Shown here: positions 1-9,417 of the stretch, piece after piece
Layout: every line of letters begins with the position of its first letter
Numbering within the stretch: position 1 is the first letter of the stretch
DNA from: Longimicrobiales bacterium
Lineage (GTDB): Bacteria > Gemmatimonadota > Gemmatimonadetes > Longimicrobiales > Gaopeijiaceae
Assembly: GCA_965219445.1 (NCBI GenBank)
Contig: CBDCNQ010000005.1
Span: forward strand, 1-64,000
Direction: 5' to 3'
DNA: 64,000 bases
The notes under the pieces: generated by a model
Told to the model about the DNA's origin: nothing
Database searches by the model: none
The model's input: the letters and a program-made list of their open reading frames with translations, nothing else
Position numbers and translations under genes: made by a program

Positions 1-103
1 CCTGGCGTTCATGGAGGGCTTCGCCGAGGCCGGTGTGGACCCTGTTTCCTCTCGGAGCGACCGGCTCCGGGATTCATCCCCGAGAGAACGGAGAGGCAGA
101 GAG

Positions 104-331
104 ATGACGAGAACCATGGTGCAGGAAATGGAGGTGCCGATCCGCATCGTGCGGCTCCCGGCCGTGCAAGCTCGCACGGGGCTCGGGCGGAGCACGATCT
201 ACGTGCGGCTGGCCGAGGGTTCCTTCCCCAGACCCGTCCAGCTAGGCGCGCGCGCGGTCGGCTGGATCGAGGAGGAGGTGGACGAGTGGATCCGCAAGCA
301 GATCGCGTTGAGCCGCGGCGAGGCCGAGTGA
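104..331 (+). CDS. alpA: AlpA-family transcriptional regulator / excisionase-like HTH
   Basis: IVRLPAVQARTGLGRSTIY...GSFPRPVQLGARAVGWIEEEVDEWI matches the AlpA pattern; ATG at 104 after a purine-rich tract. Confidence 0.9.
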   Translation: MTRTMVQEMEVPIRIVRLPAVQARTGLGRSTIYVRLAEGSFPRPVQLGARAVGWIEEEVDEWIRKQIALSRGEAE

Positions 332-367
332 TCGGCGCATCCCAGCGAGAGACCAAGGAAGCAGACG

Positions 368-655
368 ATGCAACCTTTGTTAAGGACGGTACGAGCGGCG
401 GCCTGGGCCACGCTGTGGTTGCTGTTCCCCGGGGTGCTGTGGGCTCAGGGGACGAGCCCGTGGGTGGAGGCGGTGAACGAGCTGCAGGCGCAGTTCACGG
501 GTCCGATCGCGAGGGGGCTCTCGCTCATCGCGATCGTCGTGGGCGGGCTGATGTTCGCGTTCGGCGAGGGCGGTAGCAAGCGGACGCTGGCCGGGATCAT
601 CTTCGGTCTCGGGATGGCGATGGGCGCGGCGAACTTCCTGGCCTGGCTGTTCTGA
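368..655 (+). CDS. virB2: VirB2/TrbC-family conjugative pilin
   Basis: Signal peptide, SPW motif, GPIARGLSLIAIVVGGLMFAFGEG and two hydrophobic helices; first gene of the T4SS cluster. Confidence 0.85.
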   Translation: MQPLLRTVRAAAWATLWLLFPGVLWAQGTSPWVEAVNELQAQFTGPIARGLSLIAIVVGGLMFAFGEGGSKRTLAGIIFGLGMAMGAANFLAWLF

Positions 656-956
656 TGAGGGGTCTGAGGCGCTGGGTCGGCTATGCGGCGCTGAACCGTC
701 CGCTGACGATCCTGGGTGTGGAGCGTAGGGGGTTCCTGCTCGTCGCCACACTCGGGCTCGCGATGTGGAACGCGACGGCTTCGCTCGTGACGGGCGGCGT
801 GGTGTTCGCTGTGGGCTACGGTGCGGGCTGGCTCGCCGGCCGCAAAGACCCGGACATGCTTGGCGTGCTCCGCGCCGGGACGCGTTTCCCGTCGCGTTTC
901 GACCGGGCAAGTGGGCCGAAGAGCCGTGGCATCTCGTGATCCGGAGCGGGCGATGA
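655..956 (+). CDS. virB3: VirB3/TrbD-family protein (apparent 1-nt frameshift near 903)
   Basis: ALNRPLTILGVER motif, two TM segments and KDP motif; C-terminus PGKWAEEPWHLVIRSGR lies in another frame ending at 956 and overlaps the virB4 start. Confidence 0.8.
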
Positions 957-3393
957 GGATCTCCGCGGAGCTCCGGGACCACGAGTCGGCCGGCTCACTG
1001 GCCGAGGAGCTGCCCTACTGGGGCTGGCTCGAGGACGGCCGTACCTGCCTGACCCGCTCGGGCGAGCTGATGGCGGCCGGCCGGCTGGCGCCTGCGGTGG
1101 TCGACGGGCGTTCGCCCGAACAGATCGACCGCGTGCTGGGCCGCTGGCAGCGTCTGCTCTCGGGGTTGGACGCTGACACGCGCCTCTACTTCTATATGCT
1201 CCGGCGGCCAAGTCCGCCGAGGCCACGGACGCCGAGGGCTCCGGCATCGTAGCGGTGTCGCAGCGGAAGCGGAGTGCGTTTCTGGCCGGGCGTGTGCAGC
1301 AGCTCGAAGCCTATCTGGTCTGGTCGCACGATCCCCGCCTCCGGACGGTGGCAGACGGGCCCGCGTCGGGAAGCGCGTCCCGGCTCATGCAGTGGTGGAA
1401 GCGCCGCCAGGCGAGCGCGCCCACCTACCTGCGGTCCGAGATCGAGGCGGCCGCCGCCCGCTTTCGCTCGACGGTGGACGCGGGCCGTGCGCTCGTGGAG
1501 GAGCACACGCCGATCGACATCCTCTCGCCAGCCGAGGCTTCTCGTCTCCTCTCCGAGCTGATCAACCGTCCGGGCATGATCTGGGACGGCGCGACGGAAG
1601 CGGGATGAACTGGCGACTCGCCCTCTCTGAGCTAGAGGCGGAGCGAGGACACCTGCGCCTCGACGGCGAGCCGGTGATCCTGTACTCGCTCCTGTCCCCG
1701 CCTGGGCAGGCCCGGGCCAACCTGCTCCGGGAGCTCTACTGCTCGATGCCGTGATGACGGTCTCGCTCGAGTGGCGGCCCTGGGCGATGGAAGCGGCCCG
1801 GCGCCGGATCCGCGGCGCGCAGCGGCACTACTTCGCGCGCCGTTACTCGATGATGGCGCACGTGCAGGAGACGGAGGGCACGGCCGCCGCGATGGTCGAC
1901 TCGGCCGCGGCGACGGAGTCCGACCGTCTGGGCGAGGCGCTGGTCGAGCTCGAGGCGGACGGCGTGAGCTACGGCGAGGCCACGCTGACCGTGGCGCTCC
2001 ACGGGGAGCTCGGGCGGATCGAGCGGCTGGACGGCGACCTCCGCCGTCTCTTCGCGGCGCACGACGCGAAGGTGATCCGGGAGGGCTACGGCCAGCTGCC
2101 GGCGTGGTTCTCCCGGCTCCCGGCCCAGCCGCGTGGGCGGCAGGTACGGAAGGTGTTCGTGTCGGCCGGCGTGGCGGCCTGTCTGGCGCCGCTGTTCGGG
2201 CCGCCACGGGGCACCGTGAAGAGCAAGCATCTCGGTCGCGAGTCGCTCGCGGTCTTGGAGACCCCGTGGCGCACGGCGTACCACTACGACCTTTTCGCCG
2301 GCGACGTAGGCCACACGCTGATGCTCGGCGCTACCGGCTCGGGGAAGAGCTTCACACTGAACTTCCTCCTGGTCGAAGCCCTCAGGTACGACCCGCGCGT
2401 CCTGATCCTCGACCTGGGCGGCTCCTACCGCTGGCTGACCCGGTTCCTCGGGGGCCGCTACCTGGAGCTCTCTCCCGATGAGGCGGAGCCGACGCTCCGG
2501 CTGCAGCCGTTCGCGCTCCCGGCGGGCACCCGGACGTTCCAGTTCCTGACGGGCTGGGTGCTCCGGCTCCTGAAGCTCGGCGGCTGGGAGGTGAGCGGGG
2601 CGGACACGAGCGAGATCCGCTCGCGCATCGAGGACCTGTATGCGTTCGAGCCGGAGCGGCGGACGCTGAGCGTCCTGGCCGGCTCGCTGCCGTCCGCGAC
2701 GTGGCCGGCCTGGAGCCGCTGGATCGAAGGCGGCGCCTGGGGCACGTACTTCGATAACCCGGCCGTCGGGGCACCGGACCTCGAGTTCGCCGACTGGCAG
2801 GTGATCGATCTGGCCGGCGCGGTCGAGCATCCGGATCTCTGCGATGCGGCGCTCTCCTATCTACTCGAGCGGATGCGCTTGGAGGTCGAGGATCCGTCCG
2901 AGGCGGCGCGTCTGAAGCTGATGGTCGTGGACGAGGCCTGGCGCTACCTGCAGGACCCGGCGGTGCTGAGCTACCTGGCCGAGGCGGCGAAGACGTGGCG
3001 CAAGAAGAACGCCGCGCTGATCCTCGCCACCCAGTCCGCCGTGGACGTGACGGCGACGCCGGGTGCTGCGGCGCTGCTCGAGTCGATCCCGACGAAGCTC
3101 TTCCTCGCGAACCCCGAGCTCCCCGACGCGGTCGGGGCGCTGTTCCGGCTGAACGAGTCGGAGCTGGCCCGGGTCCGAGGCCTGATCCCCAAACGCGAGC
3201 TCTATCTGCGCCGCCCGGACGGGGCGGCGGTGCTCCGGCTCGAGGTCGATCCGGAGAGCTACTGGCTCTACACCTCGTCCGCATTGGACGCCGAGGAGAG
3301 GGCCCGGCCGTCGAGCGTCACGGACTCAGCCGGGCCCTAGAGGTGCTCGCGAGCCGAGACGATCCCACCCCCACCCCCAACGCAAGGAGCTGA
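953..3393 (+). pseudogene. virB4: VirB4/TrbE ATPase, broken by about four frameshifts (near 1245, 1600, 1745, 3302)
   Basis: Fragments MRISAELRDHE..., then GHTLMLGATGSGKS (Walker A), LILDLGGSY, MVVDEAW (Walker B) and LILATQS; breaks may be sequencing errors. Confidence 0.85.
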
Positions 3394-3399
3394 TACGCC

Positions 3400-4266
3400 A
3401 TGCGATCCCTATTGCAACCGATAGCTCTCCTGACGCTTCTCTTGGCTGCCTTCCCTGTCGCGGCTACCGCCCAGCAGGAGGACGACCAAGCGTTCCTCCG
3501 AGTACCGGTCCCCGAGGAGGGCGAGGACCGGATCCACCGGCTCCGCACCCAAGTCCGTCACACGACCGTCATCGTGCTCCCCGCCGGGGAGAACATCCTG
3601 GATTTCGTGGTCGGCGACTCGGAGTACTGGCACCTGGCGGGCGCCGCGAACGTCGCGTTCCTGAAGCCTCTCGCTTCGGACGCGGCGACGAACATCGCGC
3701 TCGTCTGCGAGTCCGGGCGCATCTACTCGTTCCTGGTGGCCGAGCACAGCGACGGGCCGCCCCATCTGGTCGTCCGGGTCGAGTCCGGCGCGGAGAAGAC
3801 GGGACTGTCCGGCGGCGGCAGCGGCCGTCCCGCGTTCGTCGCGCGGAGCGAGGTCGCGGCCTATCAGCAGATGGCCGCCGAGGCGGCCGAGGCGGCTCGC
3901 AGCGCCCGGGAGGCGGCCGAGGCCGGCATCCTGGAAGCCCGGACTCAGGCCGAAACGGAGATCGAGGAGTTCCGTGCGCGCTATCCGGAGCGTCTCGCGT
4001 TCGAGTACCGGCTCGACGGGGACGCGGCCGACCGGCCGTTCCTGGTCGAGGCGATGTGGCACGACGGGCAGTTCACCTACCTCCGCTCCCACGCCCAGGA
4101 GTCGCCGGCCCTCTATGAGCTCCGGGACGGCGAGCCTGCGCTCGTCGCCTACGACCTCTCAGAGGACGGCCTCTACATCGCCCGCCACGTGCTGGGCGAC
4201 GGGTGGCTGCAGATCGGTGACAAGCGGGCCGCTTGGCGGTTCACGCCCAGGGACGGGCTCCGATGA
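3400..4266 (+). CDS. virB9: VirB9/TrbG outer-membrane core complex protein
   Basis: Signal peptide; TTVIVLPAGENI, FLKP, TNIALVCESGRIYSF, MWHDGQFTY motifs of the CagX/TrbG family. Confidence 0.85.
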   Translation: MRSLLQPIALLTLLLAAFPVAATAQQEDDQAFLRVPVPEEGEDRIHRLRTQVRHTTVIVLPAGENILDFVVGDSEYWHLAGAANVAFLKPLASDAATNIALVCESGRIYSFLVAEHSDGPPHLVVRVESGAEKTGLSGGGSGRPAFVARSEVAAYQQMAAEAAEAARSAREAAEAGILEARTQAETEIEEFRARYPERLAFEYRLDGDAADRPFLVEAMWHDGQFTYLRSHAQESPALYELRDGEPALVAYDLSEDGLYIARHVLGDGWLQIGDKRAAWRFTPRDGLR

Positions 4267-5546
4267 GCCGCTGGAAGCAGTGGGTCCGGCCCCCGGAAGG
4301 CGCGCTGCCGGGCGGCATCGTGACGAAGGCCGGCGTGGTGTTGATCGCCGTGCTCGTCGGTGGACTCCTCTTCTCGTGGGCGATGACGGGTCCCCAGGAA
4401 GCCGACACTCTCGTAGCCCTGCCCGAGGCGCAGGCGGTCGACGACGGCATGGGGAGGTCGCTCCAGGGCCGCATTCGGCAAGAGGCCGAGCGGCAGACTC
4501 TGGAGGCCGCCGCCCGGGCGCGCGCCGAGCTCGAGCGCCGGCAGGCTGCGGCCGCCGGGGAGATGGCTCGGCTCCAGACCGAGTCGGAGACGCCGAACAC
4601 CGCAGCCTTGATCCCAGGCGTGAGCGCGGCCGAGTCGGAGCTTAGGGAGGCGCTTCGGCTGGAGGAGCTGGAGCGAAGAACCCGCTCGCTCCGTGCCCTT
4701 CCCGTGTCTCAGTCGTACCGGGACCCGAATGCAGCTGCGGAGTCGTCCCAGGGCGATGGCGCAGGCACAGATGGCGCGGCCGACGCGGATGTGGCGCTCC
4801 TCGAGAACGCGGTCCAAGCGGCTCTCGCCTCCTTCGAGCAGTCGCTCGGGGCGCTCGAGGGCGAGCTGGCGGCGGAGCAGCTTCTCCTCGGGTCCCCTGG
4901 CATCGCCGCTGCGATGGCGCCCGCGTCCGGGCCGCAGGCCTCCCTCCGAGCGCACGGTACGGCTGAGCCGGTCTCTAGCGTCGCGTCCGCCGACCCGCCG
5001 GGTTGGGAGCGGATCCATGAGGGCTCGTTCCTCGAAGGGGTGCTTCTCACTCAGCTCACGGGCGATTTCCCCGGACCGGTGCTCGCGACCGTCGCGGTGC
5101 CGTTCTATTCGGCCGACCGCCAGCGGGTCCTGATCCCGCGCGGCTCACGCGTCGTCGGAACAGCCCGGGCCGTCCAGGACCCGGACCAGAGCCGGCTCGC
5201 CGTCGCGTTCCACCGGTTGCTCCTGCCCGACGGCAGCTGGATCGACCTCGAGTTCACGGGCCTGAACCAGGCGGGCGAAGGCGCGCTTCGGGACCAGGTC
5301 GACCGCCACTACTTCAGCACGTTCGCGGCCGCCGGAGCTGTCGGTGTCGTAAGCGGACTCGCCCTGGCCGGCGGTTCGCCGTTCGGCCTCAGGGCGGGCG
5401 TCGGCCAGGGACTCGGCCAGAGCGCGACCTCGGTTCTCGACCGGTTCCTGAACCGGCTACCCACGATCACGATCCGCGCGGGCCATCGCCTGCGCATCTG
5501 GTTCACCTCCGATGTCCTGGTCCCCAGGCCCCGGACACGGCAATGA
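4263..5546 (+). CDS. virB10: VirB10/TrbI
   Basis: N-terminal TM and coiled coil; IHEGSFLEGVLLT, VLIPRGSRVVG, GEGALRDQVDRHY, PTITIRAGHRLRIW. Confidence 0.9.
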   Translation: MSRWKQWVRPPEGALPGGIVTKAGVVLIAVLVGGLLFSWAMTGPQEADTLVALPEAQAVDDGMGRSLQGRIRQEAERQTLEAAARARAELERRQAAAAGEMARLQTESETPNTAALIPGVSAAESELREALRLEELERRTRSLRALPVSQSYRDPNAAAESSQGDGAGTDGAADADVALLENAVQAALASFEQSLGALEGELAAEQLLLGSPGIAAAMAPASGPQASLRAHGTAEPVSSVASADPPGWERIHEGSFLEGVLLTQLTGDFPGPVLATVAVPFYSADRQRVLIPRGSRVVGTARAVQDPDQSRLAVAFHRLLLPDGSWIDLEFTGLNQAGEGALRDQVDRHYFSTFAAAGAVGVVSGLALAGGSPFGLRAGVGQGLGQSATSVLDRFLNRLPTITIRAGHRLRIWFTSDVLVPRPRTRQ

Positions 5547-5563
5547 AACGAAAGGAGACTCTC

Positions 5564-6472
5564 ATGCAGATCCGAACCCTTACCACCGTCCTCCTGGTCT
5601 CGGTCCTGATGCTCGCGAGCGCAAGTCCGGCCAACGCCCTTTTCGACATCGGCGGCGTGATCCAGCGCGCCCAGATGATCGTGAACCAAGCGACCCAGAT
5701 CGCGAACCAGATCCGCCAGATGCGGACCATGACCCGCCAGCTCACCGAGCTCGAGGAGCAGCTCGACTACATGAAGGACGTCGCGCGGGGCGAAGTCGAC
5801 GCGCTGATCGAACCGTTCGCCGAGCTGGCGGCCGGGTCCATCGGCCTCGTCGGCGACGGCCTCGGCTGGGGCTCCGAGTTCACCGGAGCAGCCGGAGAGC
5901 TGGTCGACGCTGTCCGTGACATGGGGAGCGGCGACTCGTTCACCGATGTCTGGCGGAGCGCCCAAGGTGTGGCCGACCAGGTGAGCGAGGCGGACATCCT
6001 CGAGCTGTTCCGTAACCGCCCGGCCGAGGCGTCGTCCCGCGCGGTGGAGGACTACCGCCAGGCCAAGGAGGCCGCCGACCGCCAGCGCGTGCTCGACTAC
6101 GCGATGATGGACGCCGCGGCCTCGCTCGCCTCGACCGTCGAGAGCGCGCAGGGCTCGTTCGACGAGCTCACCGCGAACGGCAATCTGTCCAACACGGCAC
6201 TCCAGCAGGCGCAGGTCGCGGCCGCGCTGACGCAGGGCCGGATCAACGCCGCCGTGGCGCAGGTGCTCGCCTATCAAGCGGTCGAGCAGGCGAACCGGAT
6301 GCAGCAGGCCGAGATCGACCGCCTCGAGCGCCTCGCCGAGTGGAGGGACGCACGCCTCCGTACGAACGCGATGGCCGATGCGATGCGGGCGGCCGCGTTC
6401 CAGAACCGCGACCGGCTCCGGGAAGGGCTCCTCTTCAAGATCCCGTCGTTCTACATGGGCGGCCAGGCATAG
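5564..6472 (+). CDS. VirB5/TrbJ-like secreted coiled-coil protein
   Basis: Signal peptide, QIANQIRQMRTM coiled coil, position between virB10 and virB6. Confidence 0.65.
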   Translation: MQIRTLTTVLLVSVLMLASASPANALFDIGGVIQRAQMIVNQATQIANQIRQMRTMTRQLTELEEQLDYMKDVARGEVDALIEPFAELAAGSIGLVGDGLGWGSEFTGAAGELVDAVRDMGSGDSFTDVWRSAQGVADQVSEADILELFRNRPAEASSRAVEDYRQAKEAADRQRVLDYAMMDAAASLASTVESAQGSFDELTANGNLSNTALQQAQVAAALTQGRINAAVAQVLAYQAVEQANRMQQAEIDRLERLAEWRDARLRTNAMADAMRAAAFQNRDRLREGLLFKIPSFYMGGQA

Positions 6473-6490
6473 GCCCCGGGAGCGACTGTC

Positions 6491-7501
6491 ATGCAACTTC
6501 CTCCCCCCCAGTCGATCGATCCGAACGTCCCGGCCCAGATCCCGGCGGATCAGCTCCAGGACTTCAAGGGGTTCCTGGACATCGTGCTCGACACCGTGGT
6601 CGGCGGCGCCGCGCCCGACGTGCTGACGCTCGGCCACCAGCTGTGGGGCGGTCTCGCGGCGATCGTCGTCGCATGGAGCGGCCTCAAGATCGCGTTCAGC
6701 GGAACCTTCGAGCCCTGGTCCCTCGTGCGGGTCGTGCTCGCGGTCACGATCCCCCGGACGCTCCTCCATTACTACAGCGTCCCGATCCCGGGCGTGGGCT
6801 TCACGTTTCCGGCCATGGTGGCGGCTGGGGGGATCTGGCTCCAGAACCTGTTCATCTCCGATGTCGTGTCCGTCGGCTACACGGAGATGACCGCGCTGGT
6901 GCAGGCGTTCGCCGCACGGCTCGGCGCGGCATGGTCGGGCGGGAGCCTGATGACCGTCGTGACCGAGGGCGTGAGCGTGTTCTTCTCGTCCCTCGTCGCG
7001 CTGATGATGGGCGTGCCACTCGTGCTCGGCCTCGTCGCGCTCTTCTGCCTGACCTACGCGCAGGTGATCTGGGCGCAGGTGGCGCTCGCGATCGTGATCC
7101 TCTTGGGCCCGGTGTTCATCCCCTGGCTGCTGTTCGAGCCGCTCGCGTTCCTGTTCTGGGGATGGTTCCGCACGCTCATGGTCTACACGCTCTACGGCGT
7201 CGTGGCCGGAGCGATCCTCCGTGTGTTCATGGGCGTGGGCATGGGCTACGTCACGACCTATACCGGCGCCTTGATGGGCACCGGCTCCTCCGACCCGGCC
7301 GAGCTCGGGCTCTGGGTCGTCGTCCTCCTCCCGCTCGTCGTCTCCGGCCTGATGGCCGGCATGAAGGTGGGCGAGCTCGCCGCGATGCTCGTCTCAGGGT
7401 CCGGGTCCGTCGGGTCGGGCATGATGGCGCTCGTGGTGCGCGGCGGCGGGCGCCTCAGCGCTGCCGCGAACCCGGCCCGCCCCCCAGTCCCCGGAGGCTG
7501 A
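6491..7501 (+). CDS. virB6: VirB6/TrbL polytopic membrane protein
   Basis: Multiple TM helices; LLGPVFIPWLLFEPLAFLFWGW motif. Confidence 0.85.
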   Translation: MQLPPPQSIDPNVPAQIPADQLQDFKGFLDIVLDTVVGGAAPDVLTLGHQLWGGLAAIVVAWSGLKIAFSGTFEPWSLVRVVLAVTIPRTLLHYYSVPIPGVGFTFPAMVAAGGIWLQNLFISDVVSVGYTEMTALVQAFAARLGAAWSGGSLMTVVTEGVSVFFSSLVALMMGVPLVLGLVALFCLTYAQVIWAQVALAIVILLGPVFIPWLLFEPLAFLFWGWFRTLMVYTLYGVVAGAILRVFMGVGMGYVTTYTGALMGTGSSDPAELGLWVVVLLPLVVSGLMAGMKVGELAAMLVSGSGSVGSGMMALVVRGGGRLSAAANPARPPVPGG

Positions 7502-7512
7502 AGGAGACGTCC

Positions 7513-8181
7513 ATGAACCGAGAACACGATGCCGGCCGCGAATACGCGGAAATCTGGGGCGAGACCGTCGAGGCGAACCGAAAGCTCCGGACGCTGGCGA
7601 TGATCCTCGCCGCCGCGTGCCTCGCGCTCGCCGTGCTGCTCCTCCGCATCGCGACCGTCGAGCCGCCCCGCCCGATCGTGGTGCGGGTCGACGAGGTCGG
7701 CCGCGCCGAGGCCGTGGCCTACGAGGCCGCAACGGCGCAGGCGGATCCGCTCGATCCCACGACCAAGTACTTTCTGAACCGGTTCATCTCCGACTTTTAT
7801 TCGCGGCGACGGGCGACGGTCGAGGAGCACTGGACCCGGAGCCTCCGCTTCCTCTCGACCGAGCTGGCGAACGCCGCGTTCACGAGGGACGGCGCCGAGG
7901 TCGCCGCCATGGCGGCCGGCACCTCCGACACCGAGCGCCAGGTCGAGCAAGTCGTGCTCCGCATCCACCCCGCACCGGAGGCTCCGCACGGCGCGACCGC
8001 CGACTTCGATCTCGTGCACCTGAGGCAGGGGCAGGAGACCCTGAGGGAGCGGTGGTCGCTCACGCTCCGGTTCACGTTTCTCACCGTCATCCCCTCCGAG
8101 CTCGTCGTCTACAACCCGATGGGCATCCTGATCACCTACCTTCAGGCCGACCGGGCCCTGGTCACGGAGCCGCCCAGGTGA
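7513..8181 (+). CDS. virB8: VirB8/TrbF
   Basis: AAGGAG RBS, single TM, PIVVRVDEVG and NPMGILITY motifs. Confidence 0.85.
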   Translation: MNREHDAGREYAEIWGETVEANRKLRTLAMILAAACLALAVLLLRIATVEPPRPIVVRVDEVGRAEAVAYEAATAQADPLDPTTKYFLNRFISDFYSRRRATVEEHWTRSLRFLSTELANAAFTRDGAEVAAMAAGTSDTERQVEQVVLRIHPAPEAPHGATADFDLVHLRQGQETLRERWSLTLRFTFLTVIPSELVVYNPMGILITYLQADRALVTEPPR

Positions 8182-9113
8182 TCGCGCATCTGCGGGGACG
8201 GGAAGCGGCGCTCGAGCCGTTCGGTTGGACGGGACGCCAGGCCGAGTGGATCGCGCTGGCCTGTCTCCACAGCGGCGTGTTCACCCGCGCCCAGCTCTCC
8301 GCCTATCTACGGATCGATCGCTGGCAGGCTCTTCGGTTCGTCCGGGCCATGTCGGAGCGAAGGCTGGCAGCCGACGAGACACTGGAAGGCCGGAAAGTCT
8401 GCCGGATCTGCGGGCGCGGGATCTACCGCGCGCTCGGCGCCGAGGACATCCGCCACCGCCGGGCTGCTTCCGATGAAGTGCTCCTGCGGCGCCTGCTCTC
8501 GCTCGACTACGTGCTCGAGCACACCGGCTTGTCGTGGCTGCCCACCGAGATGGAGAAGGTCGGCGCGTTCGAGGCGCTCGGCATCGAGCGCCGGCTCCTG
8601 CCCTCGCGGCTCTACCGCGGAGCCGCCGGCAACACGCGGCGTTACTTCCCAGTCAAGCTGCCGGTCGCGCTCGAAGCCGAGCGCGCCGTGTTCGTCTACG
8701 TCGATCCCGGACACGATACCACGACGGCGCTCCGCTCGTGGGGCGAAGCGCACCTGGGCCTCTGGCAAGCGCTGCGGGAGCGCGGCCGATCCATCGAGGT
8801 CGTCGCCGTCGTCCGCACCCGGAAGGAAATGGACCGAGCCGGGACGATCCTCGAGAACTGGACCAACACATCTACAGCATCCGGCCCCTCCGCCGCTCCG
8901 GAACCCGACAGTGCGGCTCGCCGCGAGATCGCCCGAATCGAGCAGGCCATCCGCGCCAAGGATGAGCGGGTGCTCAAAGAGTATGGCGACCTGCAGGCCT
9001 GCCTCAAGCGGATCGTTGAGCTGAACGACGTCCACCGATCCTCGACTCCCGGAACGTTGATCCACGGCTTCGCGACATGGCGCTCGAGACGGCTCCCTGG
9101 AGGTGGATTTTGA
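8178..9113 (+). CDS. Hypothetical protein with N-terminal winged-helix-like region, possible replication or transfer initiator
   Basis: GTG overlaps the virB8 stop; GWTGRQAEWIALACLHSGVFTRAQL resembles a wHTH start; homologous remnants at 14212-14630 and 54964-55190. Confidence 0.55.
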   Translation: MIAHLRGREAALEPFGWTGRQAEWIALACLHSGVFTRAQLSAYLRIDRWQALRFVRAMSERRLAADETLEGRKVCRICGRGIYRALGAEDIRHRRAASDEVLLRRLLSLDYVLEHTGLSWLPTEMEKVGAFEALGIERRLLPSRLYRGAAGNTRRYFPVKLPVALEAERAVFVYVDPGHDTTTALRSWGEAHLGLWQALRERGRSIEVVAVVRTRKEMDRAGTILENWTNTSTASGPSAAPEPDSAARREIARIEQAIRAKDERVLKEYGDLQACLKRIVELNDVHRSSTPGTLIHGFATWRSRRLPGGGF

Positions 9114-9118
9114 ACGCG

Positions 9119-9385
9119 GATCGGCGAGGGTCGGTGCTGATCGGCGAGTGCACAACAGACAACGGGGTGCATGTGCACCGAAACGCCATTTTCATGTGCG
9201 CGCCAGCGCTTCCTTATGTGGCTGCCTGTCTTACAGTTGCGGCACGGCCGCCGGAGCTGCGACGCCGCTCCGGAGCTTTCGGCCGAAGAAGGGAGCGACC
9301 CCCCCTTTCGGGATGCCTCGATCGGCATCGGGGAGGGTGCGCATGTGCACGCCCATGCCACCCTCCCACGGGGGGTCGCTCCCAG
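9119..9385 (+). repeat. Structured non-coding element, copy 1 of 3
   Basis: Near-identical to 13945-14210 (reverse) and 39838-40070; nested inverted repeats, e.g. GGGAGCGACCCCCC 9291-9304 pairs with 9370-9383. Confidence 0.85.
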
Positions 9386-9417
9386 CCATGGATCCCTACG
9401 GGAAGGTTGTCAGAGCG

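Noticed and set aside
6340..7512. Long N-terminal extensions of the virB8 ORF (and likewise of the 7617 and 10995 ORFs)
   Set aside because: Off-frame overlaps with the upstream genes; RBS or stop-start overlaps support 7513, 8178 and 11454.
9103..9417. 105-aa N-terminal extension of the coupling protein and related ORFs at 13777-14178 and 39837-40238
   Set aside because: Translation of the structured element; the copies diverge in frame and the TM-bearing start at 9418 is more plausible.
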